From Arcobacteraceae bacterium (lineage in GTDB: Bacteria > Campylobacterota > Campylobacteria > Campylobacterales > Arcobacteraceae), in the NCBI GenBank assembly GCA_963662945.1, contig OY759974.1:961436-1025435 (forward strand): 64,000 nt of DNA, written 5' to 3'. A program made the position numbers and the translations under genes. Positions within the stretch are counted from its first letter, which is position 1, and the number at the start of each line of letters is the position of its first letter. The notes beneath the pieces are model-generated. The model did not search any database. It was not told where the DNA came from and saw only the letters and a list, made by a program, of their open reading frames with translations. This document shows, one piece after another, positions 50,952-59,532 of this stretch.

Positions 50952-51371
50952 CTAAGGATATAACTCTTCAATTAATTCTCTAATTTTATTATCAGCATTA
51001 ATAAATTTTCCCATATTAGCTCCTCCAGATAAAGAATCATATAGTGCCTCTCCTATTAACTTGTCATTTTGAAAAACAGAGATTTTTGCGTATGCCATAT
51101 ACATAGCTAAATCCCATCTCCAGTTTGCAACATAAGTTGACTTAACAAAACATGTTTGTAAATCATCTGAGTTTCTTTCTTTTATAATTACTTTATAGTT
51201 TTTACCTTCAAGTGTAGAACGATAAGTTTCTAAAAAAGTATCTCTTACTTTATCATTTTTCACAATACAAACTTCTTTTGAATCAAGATTTTTAATACTT
51301 TTAACTTCTTGCTTTATTGAGCACCCAGTGAAAAAAACACTAAACAAAACTATTATTAATACATACTTCAT
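50952..51371 (-). CDS. Lipoprotein of unknown function (opposite strand within the cluster)
   Basis: 139 aa. Lipobox FFTGCSIK. Confidence 0.5.
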   Translation of the reverse strand: MKYVLIIVLFSVFFTGCSIKQEVKSIKNLDSKEVCIVKNDKVRDTFLETYRSTLEGKNYKVIIKERNSDDLQTCFVKSTYVANWRWDLAMYMAYAKISVFQNDKLIGEALYDSLSGGANMGKFINADNKIRELIEELYP

Positions 51372-51476
51372 TATAACCCTTTATTTTAAGTCACTGATTT
51401 TAGCATGTTATTTTAAAACTTAACTTTAGTCTGTATAATTTTTTGCTAGAATTCAAACAAAATAAAAGGATTTATT

Positions 51477-51959
51477 TTGCAAAAGAAATATGTATTTATA
51501 TTATTATTTTTATCTAATATATTATTTTCAAAAGAGGTACACTTCAATGAAACTAAATATATCTATGCACTTGATAATAAGTTTAGTAAAGTTGGTACTT
51601 TAAATATAGAAGATGCTAAAGTTACCTTGCACTACAAAAATAGTGATAAAAAAGTTATATACACAGATGAAAATATACAAATTATAACTTCAAATACAAC
51701 TGAAATTTATACCCATGAAGAGAGTCTAGAATACAATATATTTTTCCAACTTGTTCTTGGTATATATACAAACAACACCTCACAATTAGGTGAAAATTTC
51801 ACACTAAAACAAGATAAAAACCTTGTTACTTTGATACCAAATGAATATCTCTCTTCAGTTATTGAGACAATCGAATATGAAAAAAACAATAACACACTCA
51901 AATTTCTTAAAATAAATTTTACAAATCAAGATAGGATTACTATTGAAGAGACTAAGTAA
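51477..51959 (+). CDS. LolA-like outer-membrane lipoprotein carrier family protein (tentative)
   Basis: 160 aa, TTG start, signal peptide. All-beta-looking sequence immediately upstream of and overlapping the MMPL gene, as in ape clusters. Confidence 0.45.
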   Translation: MQKKYVFILLFLSNILFSKEVHFNETKYIYALDNKFSKVGTLNIEDAKVTLHYKNSDKKVIYTDENIQIITSNTTEIYTHEESLEYNIFFQLVLGIYTNNTSQLGENFTLKQDKNLVTLIPNEYLSSVIETIEYEKNNNTLKFLKINFTNQDRITIEETK

Positions 51960-54018
51960 CTACATCAATTTTATTATCCTATCCATACTACTTGCTATAT
52001 TTTTTATAACAAATATTCCCAGTCATATCTCTACACAAATCACAAGTATCCTTCCAAATGGAGAAAATAAAGCACTGTTGAAAGAGTTTGAAAAACTCAA
52101 TACAACCAAACAACTTTTTGTAGCCTACAAGGGTGACAATACTATAACACTTGATAAACTTAAAAATATAGAACGTATGCTTTTAAAACACAAAAATATT
52201 CATCCTTTTACGCAAACAAGTGCCAATAAAATCTTTGAAAAAAAGTATTACTATCTGACTCATAAATTCAATGAAACTAAATATAACTCACTAGATATAG
52301 TAACTGAACTTTCTTTATTACATAAACAAATTCTCACTTCACCTTTTAGTGTTTCTCTTGATACAACTGATCCACTTAATCTTTTTGAAAAAAACTCAAC
52401 CCTTCGAACCTCTTATGTAAAAATAAAAAACTATGGATATTTAACAATTTTACAACTTGATAAAAGTATTAATAATTTTACTGCTTATAAAGAGATATAT
52501 GATTTTGCTCAAAATTTGAAAAAGACAGATACAAATATAGAGGTATTTTCTACTTTGTTTTATTTTGTGGAAAATCAAGAAAAAATCAAAAATGATGTCA
52601 ATATCATCATCACTTTTGCATTGAGTATATTATTTATTTTATATATTGTGATTTTAAGAGATATAAAACTTCTTATTCAAACTATTACTACTCTTGGCTC
52701 ATCTATTATTTTTGCTATACTTATTAGTATTTTACTATTTGATGAAATATCAATATTTACTATGATTTTTGGTATCTCTATCTCAACTATTGCTATTGAT
52801 TATATGTTCCATAATTATATGCATGGATATTATGAACAAAATAAAGTTACACTCAATAAAGATGTTTTTTTTGGGATGAGTACAACTGTTGGGGCTCTTT
52901 TAATACTCTCCTTTGTTGATTTCAGTTTTATTCAACAACTCACAGTTTTTTCAATATGTGCATTACTCTTTTCATATATTCTATTTACTTTTTTATTTCC
53001 TTACTTAAATATACAACCACAAAAACCATCAAAACTCATACAAAATAAATTTACAATCAAACCATTGTATATAACGATAATTTCAATAATTTTAATCACC
53101 CTTGCAATCTCAAATCTAAAAATTGATTTTAATATTAAAAATCTTGATATTGATAATAAAGAGTTACAATCTTTAGATAACTTTTTTAATAAACATATAA
53201 ACAAAGATAAAAAAACAGCTGTATTACTCTATGCATCTTCTATAGAAGAATTAGTAAACTATTCACATAACTTACAAATAAAATATCCCAAGATTCAAAA
53301 TCCACTTGCAAATATTCCAACATCTAATAGTTTTGAAATCTTTGATACAAAAAGATTGAAAGAATTGAACAAAAAACTCAATGAAAATGCCAATAAAATT
53401 GGCTTTCGAAAAAACTTTTTTCAAAATAGTTATATAGTTCCACAAAATACTCCACAATACACACTTGAAGCACTTGCAGAATTTCCTATAAGTCAATATA
53501 AAAACCTTTTTATAAGTTATGCAATAGTAGCTAACAATGACTATAAAAATATTATTCAAGAACCTTATATCAAAGCTTTAAGTTTTAAAGAATTATTTCA
53601 AAAAGATTTAACAAAGTCTCTAAAAACTTTACAGTATTTATCATTTGTTGCACTACTATTTATATTAATTATGCTCTATATTGCTGTAAGAAATAACTTC
53701 ATGAAAGCTTTAAATTATATTTTATTTCCAATTGCCATAACATTGTTAGTCTCCTTTTTTATAGAATTAAATATTTTACATATTTTTATGATGATCATTG
53801 TAATCTCAATAAGTATTGACTATGGAATTTATATGAGTAATACAAACCTAAGTAGTAATACGCAAAAAGCGATATTTTATTCTTTACTTTCTACTTTTGC
53901 TGGATTCGGTGTTTTAATTTTTTCTAAGGTAAATGCCCTATTTTCAATTGGTCTTATAGCAACTCTTGGTATAGTGTCACTTATAATTTTATTATTAACA
54001 CATAAGGTTCCTCGATGA
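51943..54018 (+). CDS. MMPL/RND-superfamily exporter
   Basis: 691 aa, TTG start. Two blocks of about 5-6 TM helices (residues ~210-360 and ~570-690), each preceded by a large soluble loop. Confidence 0.65.
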   Translation: MKRLSNYINFIILSILLAIFFITNIPSHISTQITSILPNGENKALLKEFEKLNTTKQLFVAYKGDNTITLDKLKNIERMLLKHKNIHPFTQTSANKIFEKKYYYLTHKFNETKYNSLDIVTELSLLHKQILTSPFSVSLDTTDPLNLFEKNSTLRTSYVKIKNYGYLTILQLDKSINNFTAYKEIYDFAQNLKKTDTNIEVFSTLFYFVENQEKIKNDVNIIITFALSILFILYIVILRDIKLLIQTITTLGSSIIFAILISILLFDEISIFTMIFGISISTIAIDYMFHNYMHGYYEQNKVTLNKDVFFGMSTTVGALLILSFVDFSFIQQLTVFSICALLFSYILFTFLFPYLNIQPQKPSKLIQNKFTIKPLYITIISIILITLAISNLKIDFNIKNLDIDNKELQSLDNFFNKHINKDKKTAVLLYASSIEELVNYSHNLQIKYPKIQNPLANIPTSNSFEIFDTKRLKELNKKLNENANKIGFRKNFFQNSYIVPQNTPQYTLEALAEFPISQYKNLFISYAIVANNDYKNIIQEPYIKALSFKELFQKDLTKSLKTLQYLSFVALLFILIMLYIAVRNNFMKALNYILFPIAITLLVSFFIELNILHIFMMIIVISISIDYGIYMSNTNLSSNTQKAIFYSLLSTFAGFGVLIFSKVNALFSIGLIATLGIVSLIILLLTHKVPR

Positions 54019-55199
54019 CACTCAAAGTTTACAATGATAATGGTTCAATAACAGAACATATTATCTGCAAAGATACACTATCAAAAACAACTTTAGAAAA
54101 TGAAATTACTCATATTGGGTTAAGTACAAAAGAGGAAAATATTTTAAATATTTTTAAAACTTATTTTAATAATTCAAAAGCGATACTTTTTGATAAAAAC
54201 AATAAAGCAATCATCGAAAAAATAAAACAAGTTGATTTTAAAGATTTTGATCAATTTGACTTTTCATTTATCTATTTTACTTCAGGGACTACAGGTTCCC
54301 CTGTTGGTGCTTTCAAAACAAAAGAAAATTTTTTAAGTGAGATTAAACAACTTACAAAACTTTTTGAAAAATATACAATTAAAAGAGTTATTGTAACTGT
54401 TCCTTTTATCCATTTTTACGGTTCACTTTTAGGGGCAATTTATCCTTTGATAAATGATATTGATATTATCATCAAAGAACATTTTTTACCTCATGATTTA
54501 TTGGAGTTAGTAGATGAATACTCAATGGTAGTTACCACACCATTGTATATCAAATCATTAAATAAACTTGAGACAAAAAAAGATTTAAGTAAATCAATTT
54601 TTATAAGTTCTACTGCACCTCTTTTCCCTGATGTAGCACAAGAGTTTCATACAAATTTTTCCACTGATGTAATTCAAATTTTTGGTTCAACCGAAACAGG
54701 TGGTATCGCTTACAAATACAATGATGATGAAAAGTGGACCCCAATGGATAGTGTTGAAATATCTCAAAATGAGGAAGGGGAACTTAAAGTAAAATCCCCT
54801 TTTATCTCCAATGTTCTTTATGAAGATGAATTTAAAATCACAAACCATACGATTCAAACATTTGATTATGTGGAGATTGAAAATAATCAATTCAAACTAG
54901 TAGGAAGAAGTTCTCAAATAATAAAACTAGCTGGAAAAAGATATTCTACGGTACAAATAGAAAATATTCTTGAAGCGCAACCAAATATAGAAAAAGCGGT
55001 TGTATTTGTAAGTACCCACAAAGATAATTTACGAGGAGAAGAACTTAATATCACCCTTCAAACAAAAGAAAATATTCTTGTAAAAGATATAAAAACACTT
55101 CTTAAAAAAGAGTTGTCTAATATGCGATTTAATATTAATCTCAAATTAGTTGATGAGATAAAAACAACGCTCGTTGGAAAAAAGATGTTGATACAATAG
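54015..55199 (+). CDS. Adenylate-forming acyl/aryl-CoA or -ACP ligase (AMP-binding)
   Basis: 394 aa. Motifs YFTSGTTGSPVGAFKT, IFGSTETGG, VGRSSQIIKLAGKRYS and a C-terminal GKK. Confidence 0.85.
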   Translation: MTLKVYNDNGSITEHIICKDTLSKTTLENEITHIGLSTKEENILNIFKTYFNNSKAILFDKNNKAIIEKIKQVDFKDFDQFDFSFIYFTSGTTGSPVGAFKTKENFLSEIKQLTKLFEKYTIKRVIVTVPFIHFYGSLLGAIYPLINDIDIIIKEHFLPHDLLELVDEYSMVVTTPLYIKSLNKLETKKDLSKSIFISSTAPLFPDVAQEFHTNFSTDVIQIFGSTETGGIAYKYNDDEKWTPMDSVEISQNEEGELKVKSPFISNVLYEDEFKITNHTIQTFDYVEIENNQFKLVGRSSQIIKLAGKRYSTVQIENILEAQPNIEKAVVFVSTHKDNLRGEELNITLQTKENILVKDIKTLLKKELSNMRFNINLKLVDEIKTTLVGKKMLIQ

Positions 55200-55201
55200 A
55201 T

Positions 55202-56062
55202 ATGGCAATAGAGATAAAAAACTTAACTAAATCCTATAAAAACAACAAGGTACTTGATGCCCTTTCATTAAATATCAAAGAGGGTTCTCTTTTTGGACTT
55301 TTAGGACCAAATGGGGCAGGAAAAACCACTTTAGTATCCATTATGAATTATCTTCAATCTTATGATAGTGGAACCATAAATATTTTTGGATACGATTATG
55401 AAAAAGAGAAAAAACAAATCAAACAAATAAGTTCTTATGTACCACAAACATATGCCTTTTATCCAAATCTAACTGCATATGAAAATCTTGAATTTTTTGG
55501 AGCGTTGTATGGATTGCAAAATACCCAACTAAAAAAAAGAATTAATGAGTGTATCGAGATAACCTCTTTAGAAAAATTTTTAGATAAACGAGCACACACA
55601 TATTCAGGTGGAGTAAAAAGAAGATTAAATATTGCAATTGGACTACTTAATAGTCCAAAAATCCTTTACCTAGATGAACCAACTGTTGGGATTGACCCAC
55701 AATCAAGGAAATATATTCTTGATGTTATAAAGCAAATTAATAAAGAGGATAAAACAACTATTATTTATACTTCACATTATATGGAGGAGATAGAATATCT
55801 TTGTGATGATATTGCAATTCTTGATAATCAAAAAATTATTTTACACGAAACCAAAGAATTACTTTTAGATAAAAGCTCTTTACTTACAATCAAAACGGCA
55901 GAAAAAGAGATACAAGTTGATGTAAAAAATGGGTATGATAATTTACTTGATACACTCAATCTTCTTAAAAAGCAAAATATATCTATAGAAAATATTGCTT
56001 TTAATAATAAAAATTTAGAAGAGCTATTTTTAAATCTAACAAAAGGGAATTTAAGAGACTAA
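55202..56062 (+). CDS. ABC transporter ATP-binding protein
   Basis: 286 aa. Motifs GPNGAGKTT, YSGGVKRRL and LYLDEPTVGID. Confidence 0.9.
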   Translation: MAIEIKNLTKSYKNNKVLDALSLNIKEGSLFGLLGPNGAGKTTLVSIMNYLQSYDSGTINIFGYDYEKEKKQIKQISSYVPQTYAFYPNLTAYENLEFFGALYGLQNTQLKKRINECIEITSLEKFLDKRAHTYSGGVKRRLNIAIGLLNSPKILYLDEPTVGIDPQSRKYILDVIKQINKEDKTTIIYTSHYMEEIEYLCDDIAILDNQKIILHETKELLLDKSSLLTIKTAEKEIQVDVKNGYDNLLDTLNLLKKQNISIENIAFNNKNLEELFLNLTKGNLRD

Positions 56063-57225
56063 TGTTTAAATATATTTTAAAAAAAGAATTTTTATTGCTT
56101 AGTCGAGATATTCATGCACTTTTAGTATTGTTTATTATGCCTACACTTTTTATTATCATTATGTCATTAGCACTACAAAATACCTATTCAAATAGTGTTG
56201 ATACAAAATTTAAAGTAGCAATCAATACAATAAGCAATAAAGACACAGCCTTTATAACACAAGAGATAAATAAAAATAACTATTTTCAAGCACAAATCGT
56301 AAATAATGAAAAAATAAAAGAACTTATATATACACAAAATTTTGATTTAATTGTCAATATAGTTCAAGAGTACAAAACTGATATTAATACAAATAAAAAG
56401 GATTTTCACATAGATATTTTTATCAATCCTAATCTTTCTTTACAAAATCAATTATTATTTAAAAATCTATTAACAGAAATTATTTCAAAACAAATTATGA
56501 AAGAGTATTTTATAAAAAATAAAATAGATGCTAAAACTTTATCTACTTTAAATAAAAAGATGACAATTATTCCAACATATAAAGAAGAAAAATTTACTAT
56601 AAAACCAACTTCTGTACAATACAGTGTACCATCTTGGCTTGTTTTTTCAATGTTTTTTATCCTCATTCCAATTTCAAATGCTTTTATAAATGAGAGAAAT
56701 TTTGGAACCATACAGAGATTAAAAAGTATGAATATTCCTTTTATTTTAATAATTTTAGGTAAAATGGTACCATACTTTATAATAAACCAGATTCAAGTGT
56801 TATTTATGATACTAGTTGGAATTTATGTTGTACCTTTATTAAATGGAGATACACTTCAAATAAATGGTAATTATGGTTTAATTTTTACAATGAGTGGTGC
56901 AATTTCATTTGCAGCTATCTCTTTTGCAATATTTATAGCAAATATTAGTAGTACTTCAGAAGAAGCAACTACAATTGGCGGTGTCTCAAATATAATTTTA
57001 GCGGCACTTGGTGGTATTATGGTACCAAAATTTGTGATGCCAGAATTTATGCAAAATATTACAATTTTTTCACCTATGAACTGGGGACTTGAAGGGTTAT
57101 TGGAAATTTTTGTAATAGGTGGTAATTTTAATGATATTAAGGCTTACATCCTTTATCTAATGATATTTGGATGTTGCTTTTTATTTTTATCGTATCTATT
57201 TTTAAAGAAAAAGGAAAATTTATAA
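56062..57225 (+). CDS. ABC-2 type transporter permease
   Basis: 387 aa. One N-terminal TM helix, a large extracytoplasmic loop, then 5 C-terminal TM helices. The start abuts the ATPase stop. Confidence 0.75.
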   Translation: MFKYILKKEFLLLSRDIHALLVLFIMPTLFIIIMSLALQNTYSNSVDTKFKVAINTISNKDTAFITQEINKNNYFQAQIVNNEKIKELIYTQNFDLIVNIVQEYKTDINTNKKDFHIDIFINPNLSLQNQLLFKNLLTEIISKQIMKEYFIKNKIDAKTLSTLNKKMTIIPTYKEEKFTIKPTSVQYSVPSWLVFSMFFILIPISNAFINERNFGTIQRLKSMNIPFILIILGKMVPYFIINQIQVLFMILVGIYVVPLLNGDTLQINGNYGLIFTMSGAISFAAISFAIFIANISSTSEEATTIGGVSNIILAALGGIMVPKFVMPEFMQNITIFSPMNWGLEGLLEIFVIGGNFNDIKAYILYLMIFGCCFLFLSYLFLKKKENL

Positions 57226-57491
57226 TGTCAAGTTTTGACACAGAAGAACTAAAAGAAGAGCTTAAACAACTTATTATTGATGAGTGTGAAAAAGATTATG
57301 AAGCTTCAGATATAACAAACGATGAGATACTTTTTGGATCTGATTCTAAACTTCAACTTGACTCTTTAGACGCATTACAAATTTCACTTGCTTTAAACAA
57401 AAAATATAATCTTAATACGACAGATAGTAAAGAACTTCGTAAAATAATGGTTTCTATCAACTCTTTAGCAGAACATATTCAATCAATATAA
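57225..57491 (+). CDS. Acyl carrier protein 2
   Basis: Start moved to ATG 57225 (MSSFDTEELKEE...), which gives a TAATG overlap with the permease stop. Phosphopantetheine site LQLDSLDALQISL. Confidence 0.8.
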   Translation: MSSFDTEELKEELKQLIIDECEKDYEASDITNDEILFGSDSKLQLDSLDALQISLALNKKYNLNTTDSKELRKIMVSINSLAEHIQSI

Positions 57492-58639
57492 TGAAAAAAG
57501 TTTATATAACTGGTTCCTCATTAATTTGTGCGCTAGGTAATGATAAATTTCAAAGCATACAAACTGCAACACAAATAGAAAATAAAAACTACAAAAATTT
57601 TTTCCAAGACAATCATGATGGTTTTAATTTTTTTAAAATAAAGCAAACTTTTTCAAGTGAAAAAGAGAAATTTTATACAATATTACAAGATGCTGTATCT
57701 CAAGCTATAAAAGATGCAAATCTATCAATAGAGGAACAAAAAGAGCTACATATATTTATAGGCTCAACTTCTATGTCAATATCTATTAATGAAGAGCAAA
57801 GTCAACTTTATTATGATAATCAATCTAAAAAAATGCTTGCAGAAATTGGTTATGGAAACATAGGTACATTTGTTGAAAAAATTGTAAATTCAAAATATAA
57901 AGCAACTATACTGCAAACTGCTTGTACTTCAACAGCAAACTCTATAGCCTATGCAACTGAATTTATACAAGCAAATAAAATAAAAAAAGCTTTAATAGTA
58001 GGTTTAGAACTTTTTAACAAATCAACATATAAAGGTTTTGAATCCTTAATGCTTTTAAGTAAAAATGGTATCTACAAACCTTTTGATAAAGAAAGTGATG
58101 GTTTAATTTTAGGGGAAGCCTGTTCAGCGATTATTTTAGATACGAATAAAGTTGAAGATTCTAATTTTCAAGTTTTATCATCAAATACCTCTTTTGATAA
58201 TTATTCTATAACTGGTTCAAATCCCACAGGGGAAACTACTTGTGCATCTATGAAGCAAGCTTTAGAAAAAGCAAATCTTCGTATCAAAGATTTAACGTGT
58301 ATTAAAGCCCATGCAACAGGGAGTGAAAATTCAAATCTTTCTGAAGCAAAAGCACTTGATACACTTTTTAAAATATACAATGAAAAAACTGATGTAGTAA
58401 TTTTAAAACCATTTTTAGGACATTCACTTGGAGCTTGTGGTACAGCTGAAACTGTTTTGCTTTGTGAATTTATAAATAAGGGATTTATCCCAAAAACACT
58501 TAACTATAAAAATGGTTATGAAGATATATCTTTTGAACCTTTATTAGAAAATAAACCTGTTACTAATGCTACAATTTTATTGCAGTTCATAGGTTTTGGC
58601 GGAAGTAATGTAACTTTAATATTAAGTAATAAAGGTTAA
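57491..58639 (+). CDS. Beta-ketoacyl-ACP synthase (FabF-like), KS2, with an atypical Cys-Ser-His set
   Basis: 382 aa. QTACTSTANSIAYA (Cys), KAHATGS (second His) and GHSLGACG. An ungapped by-eye alignment to KS1 places FDNYSITGSNPTG opposite SDAYHMTHPHPDG, so Ser replaces the first catalytic His. Confidence 0.8.
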   Translation: MKKVYITGSSLICALGNDKFQSIQTATQIENKNYKNFFQDNHDGFNFFKIKQTFSSEKEKFYTILQDAVSQAIKDANLSIEEQKELHIFIGSTSMSISINEEQSQLYYDNQSKKMLAEIGYGNIGTFVEKIVNSKYKATILQTACTSTANSIAYATEFIQANKIKKALIVGLELFNKSTYKGFESLMLLSKNGIYKPFDKESDGLILGEACSAIILDTNKVEDSNFQVLSSNTSFDNYSITGSNPTGETTCASMKQALEKANLRIKDLTCIKAHATGSENSNLSEAKALDTLFKIYNEKTDVVILKPFLGHSLGACGTAETVLLCEFINKGFIPKTLNYKNGYEDISFEPLLENKPVTNATILLQFIGFGGSNVTLILSNKG

Positions 58640-58643
58640 ATTT

Positions 58644-59477
58644 ATGTATATTAGCGCAACTTTTAATGAAACTTTTCAAAATCATTCAACTAAAGAATAT
58701 AAACAACTTCTCAAACAACTTACTTCAAAACAATTTAGAAGAGTATCAAAGTTCAATATTATGGCTATTTATGGTGCTCTTAAATGTCTTGAAAATAAAA
58801 CTTATACTACAGATATCAATATTTATACAGCAAGTGAATATGGTTGTATTGAAGATATGAATACAGTACTTATGCAAGTAAGTAAAAAAGATGAAATAGT
58901 AATGCCTTTTGATTTTTTAAATATCAATGGAAACAATGTAGGTTTTTTAATCTCAGAAGCACTTAATACTCTAGGAAATAACTTTTATATAACTGCGGAA
59001 GATGTTTCTTTTGAACAAGCATTTCACTTATCCTATTTTGATCTTTCAATCAATAAAATAAAAGAAGCCTTAGTTGGTGCTGTTGATGAATCACTTGATT
59101 CTGTTACAAATGTAAATAGTATGATTAAAAATCCTGAAGGTTACAAAATTTGTGATGGAACAGCTTGGTTTTTACTTTCTAAAAATAAAAATAATGCTAT
59201 TGCTAAAATAGAGCATCTAGAAACATTTAGCAATCTTGAAGAATTAAATAGCTTTTTACAAAATTTACAATACGATTATCTCAGTTTAAATCTTTCTGCA
59301 AAAAAAAATATAACTCATCTAAACATAGTTCAAAAAAAAATTATATCTCAAAATGAAATATTTTTTGGAACATATAGTGCTATGTATATAAGCCATCTTT
59401 TAAACTATAAAGGGAAACTTCTCCATATAAGTTTAGATGAAAATTATAGAGCTTATCTTTTCTACTTTAATAAATAA
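58644..59477 (+). CDS. KS-like chain-length-factor-type partner (no active-site Cys), CLF2
   Basis: 277 aa. FRRVSKFNIMAIYGAL and FDFLNINGNNVGFLISEAL parallel CLF1 (RRLTRAAKIAIYLA, TDFQNSVYNTAASYLSML). No Cys/His/His triad. Confidence 0.5.
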   Translation: MYISATFNETFQNHSTKEYKQLLKQLTSKQFRRVSKFNIMAIYGALKCLENKTYTTDINIYTASEYGCIEDMNTVLMQVSKKDEIVMPFDFLNINGNNVGFLISEALNTLGNNFYITAEDVSFEQAFHLSYFDLSINKIKEALVGAVDESLDSVTNVNSMIKNPEGYKICDGTAWFLLSKNKNNAIAKIEHLETFSNLEELNSFLQNLQYDYLSLNLSAKKNITHLNIVQKKIISQNEIFFGTYSAMYISHLLNYKGKLLHISLDENYRAYLFYFNK

Positions 59478-59532
59478 TCAACTCTAAATCAATAATTTTG
59501 TATAATATCCTAATTTTATACAAAGGTTTTTC

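Larger units (their letters stand above)
37425..59477. other. Biosynthetic gene cluster: aryl-polyene (type II PKS-like) plus dialkylresorcinol, flexirubin-type, with halogenase and outer-membrane export genes
   Basis: Gene content is listed in the individual CDS entries below. Most genes are co-directional with overlapping or abutting start and stop codons. Flanked by purL plus a lipase-like gene on the left and cdsA-dxr on the right. Confidence 0.8.

Noticed and set aside
57171-57224. Upstream start for ACP2 given by the track (MLLFIFIVSIFKEKGKFI...)
   Set aside because: The extension lies entirely within the 3' end of the ABC-2 permease gene and is hydrophobic. ATG 57225 gives a normal 88-aa ACP with a TAATG stop/start junction.
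37425-59477. Interpreting the cluster as the housekeeping fab (fatty acid synthesis) operon or a lipid A/LOS locus
   Set aside because: It contains an MIO ammonia-lyase, a flavin halogenase, DarAB-like genes, Cys-less KS partners and LolA/MMPL genes, and it lacks FabI/FabD/FabH-type primary genes and any enoyl reductase. That combination is specific to aryl-polyene and flexirubin-type pathways.
59497-59532. Hairpin TTTGTATAA-(10 nt)-TTATACAAA followed by GGTTTTT, just after the last cluster gene and just before cdsA
   Set aside because: The stem is A/T only, so its stability is doubtful. It overlaps a TATAAT box that could equally be the cdsA promoter -10 element. Too ambiguous to call as a terminator.
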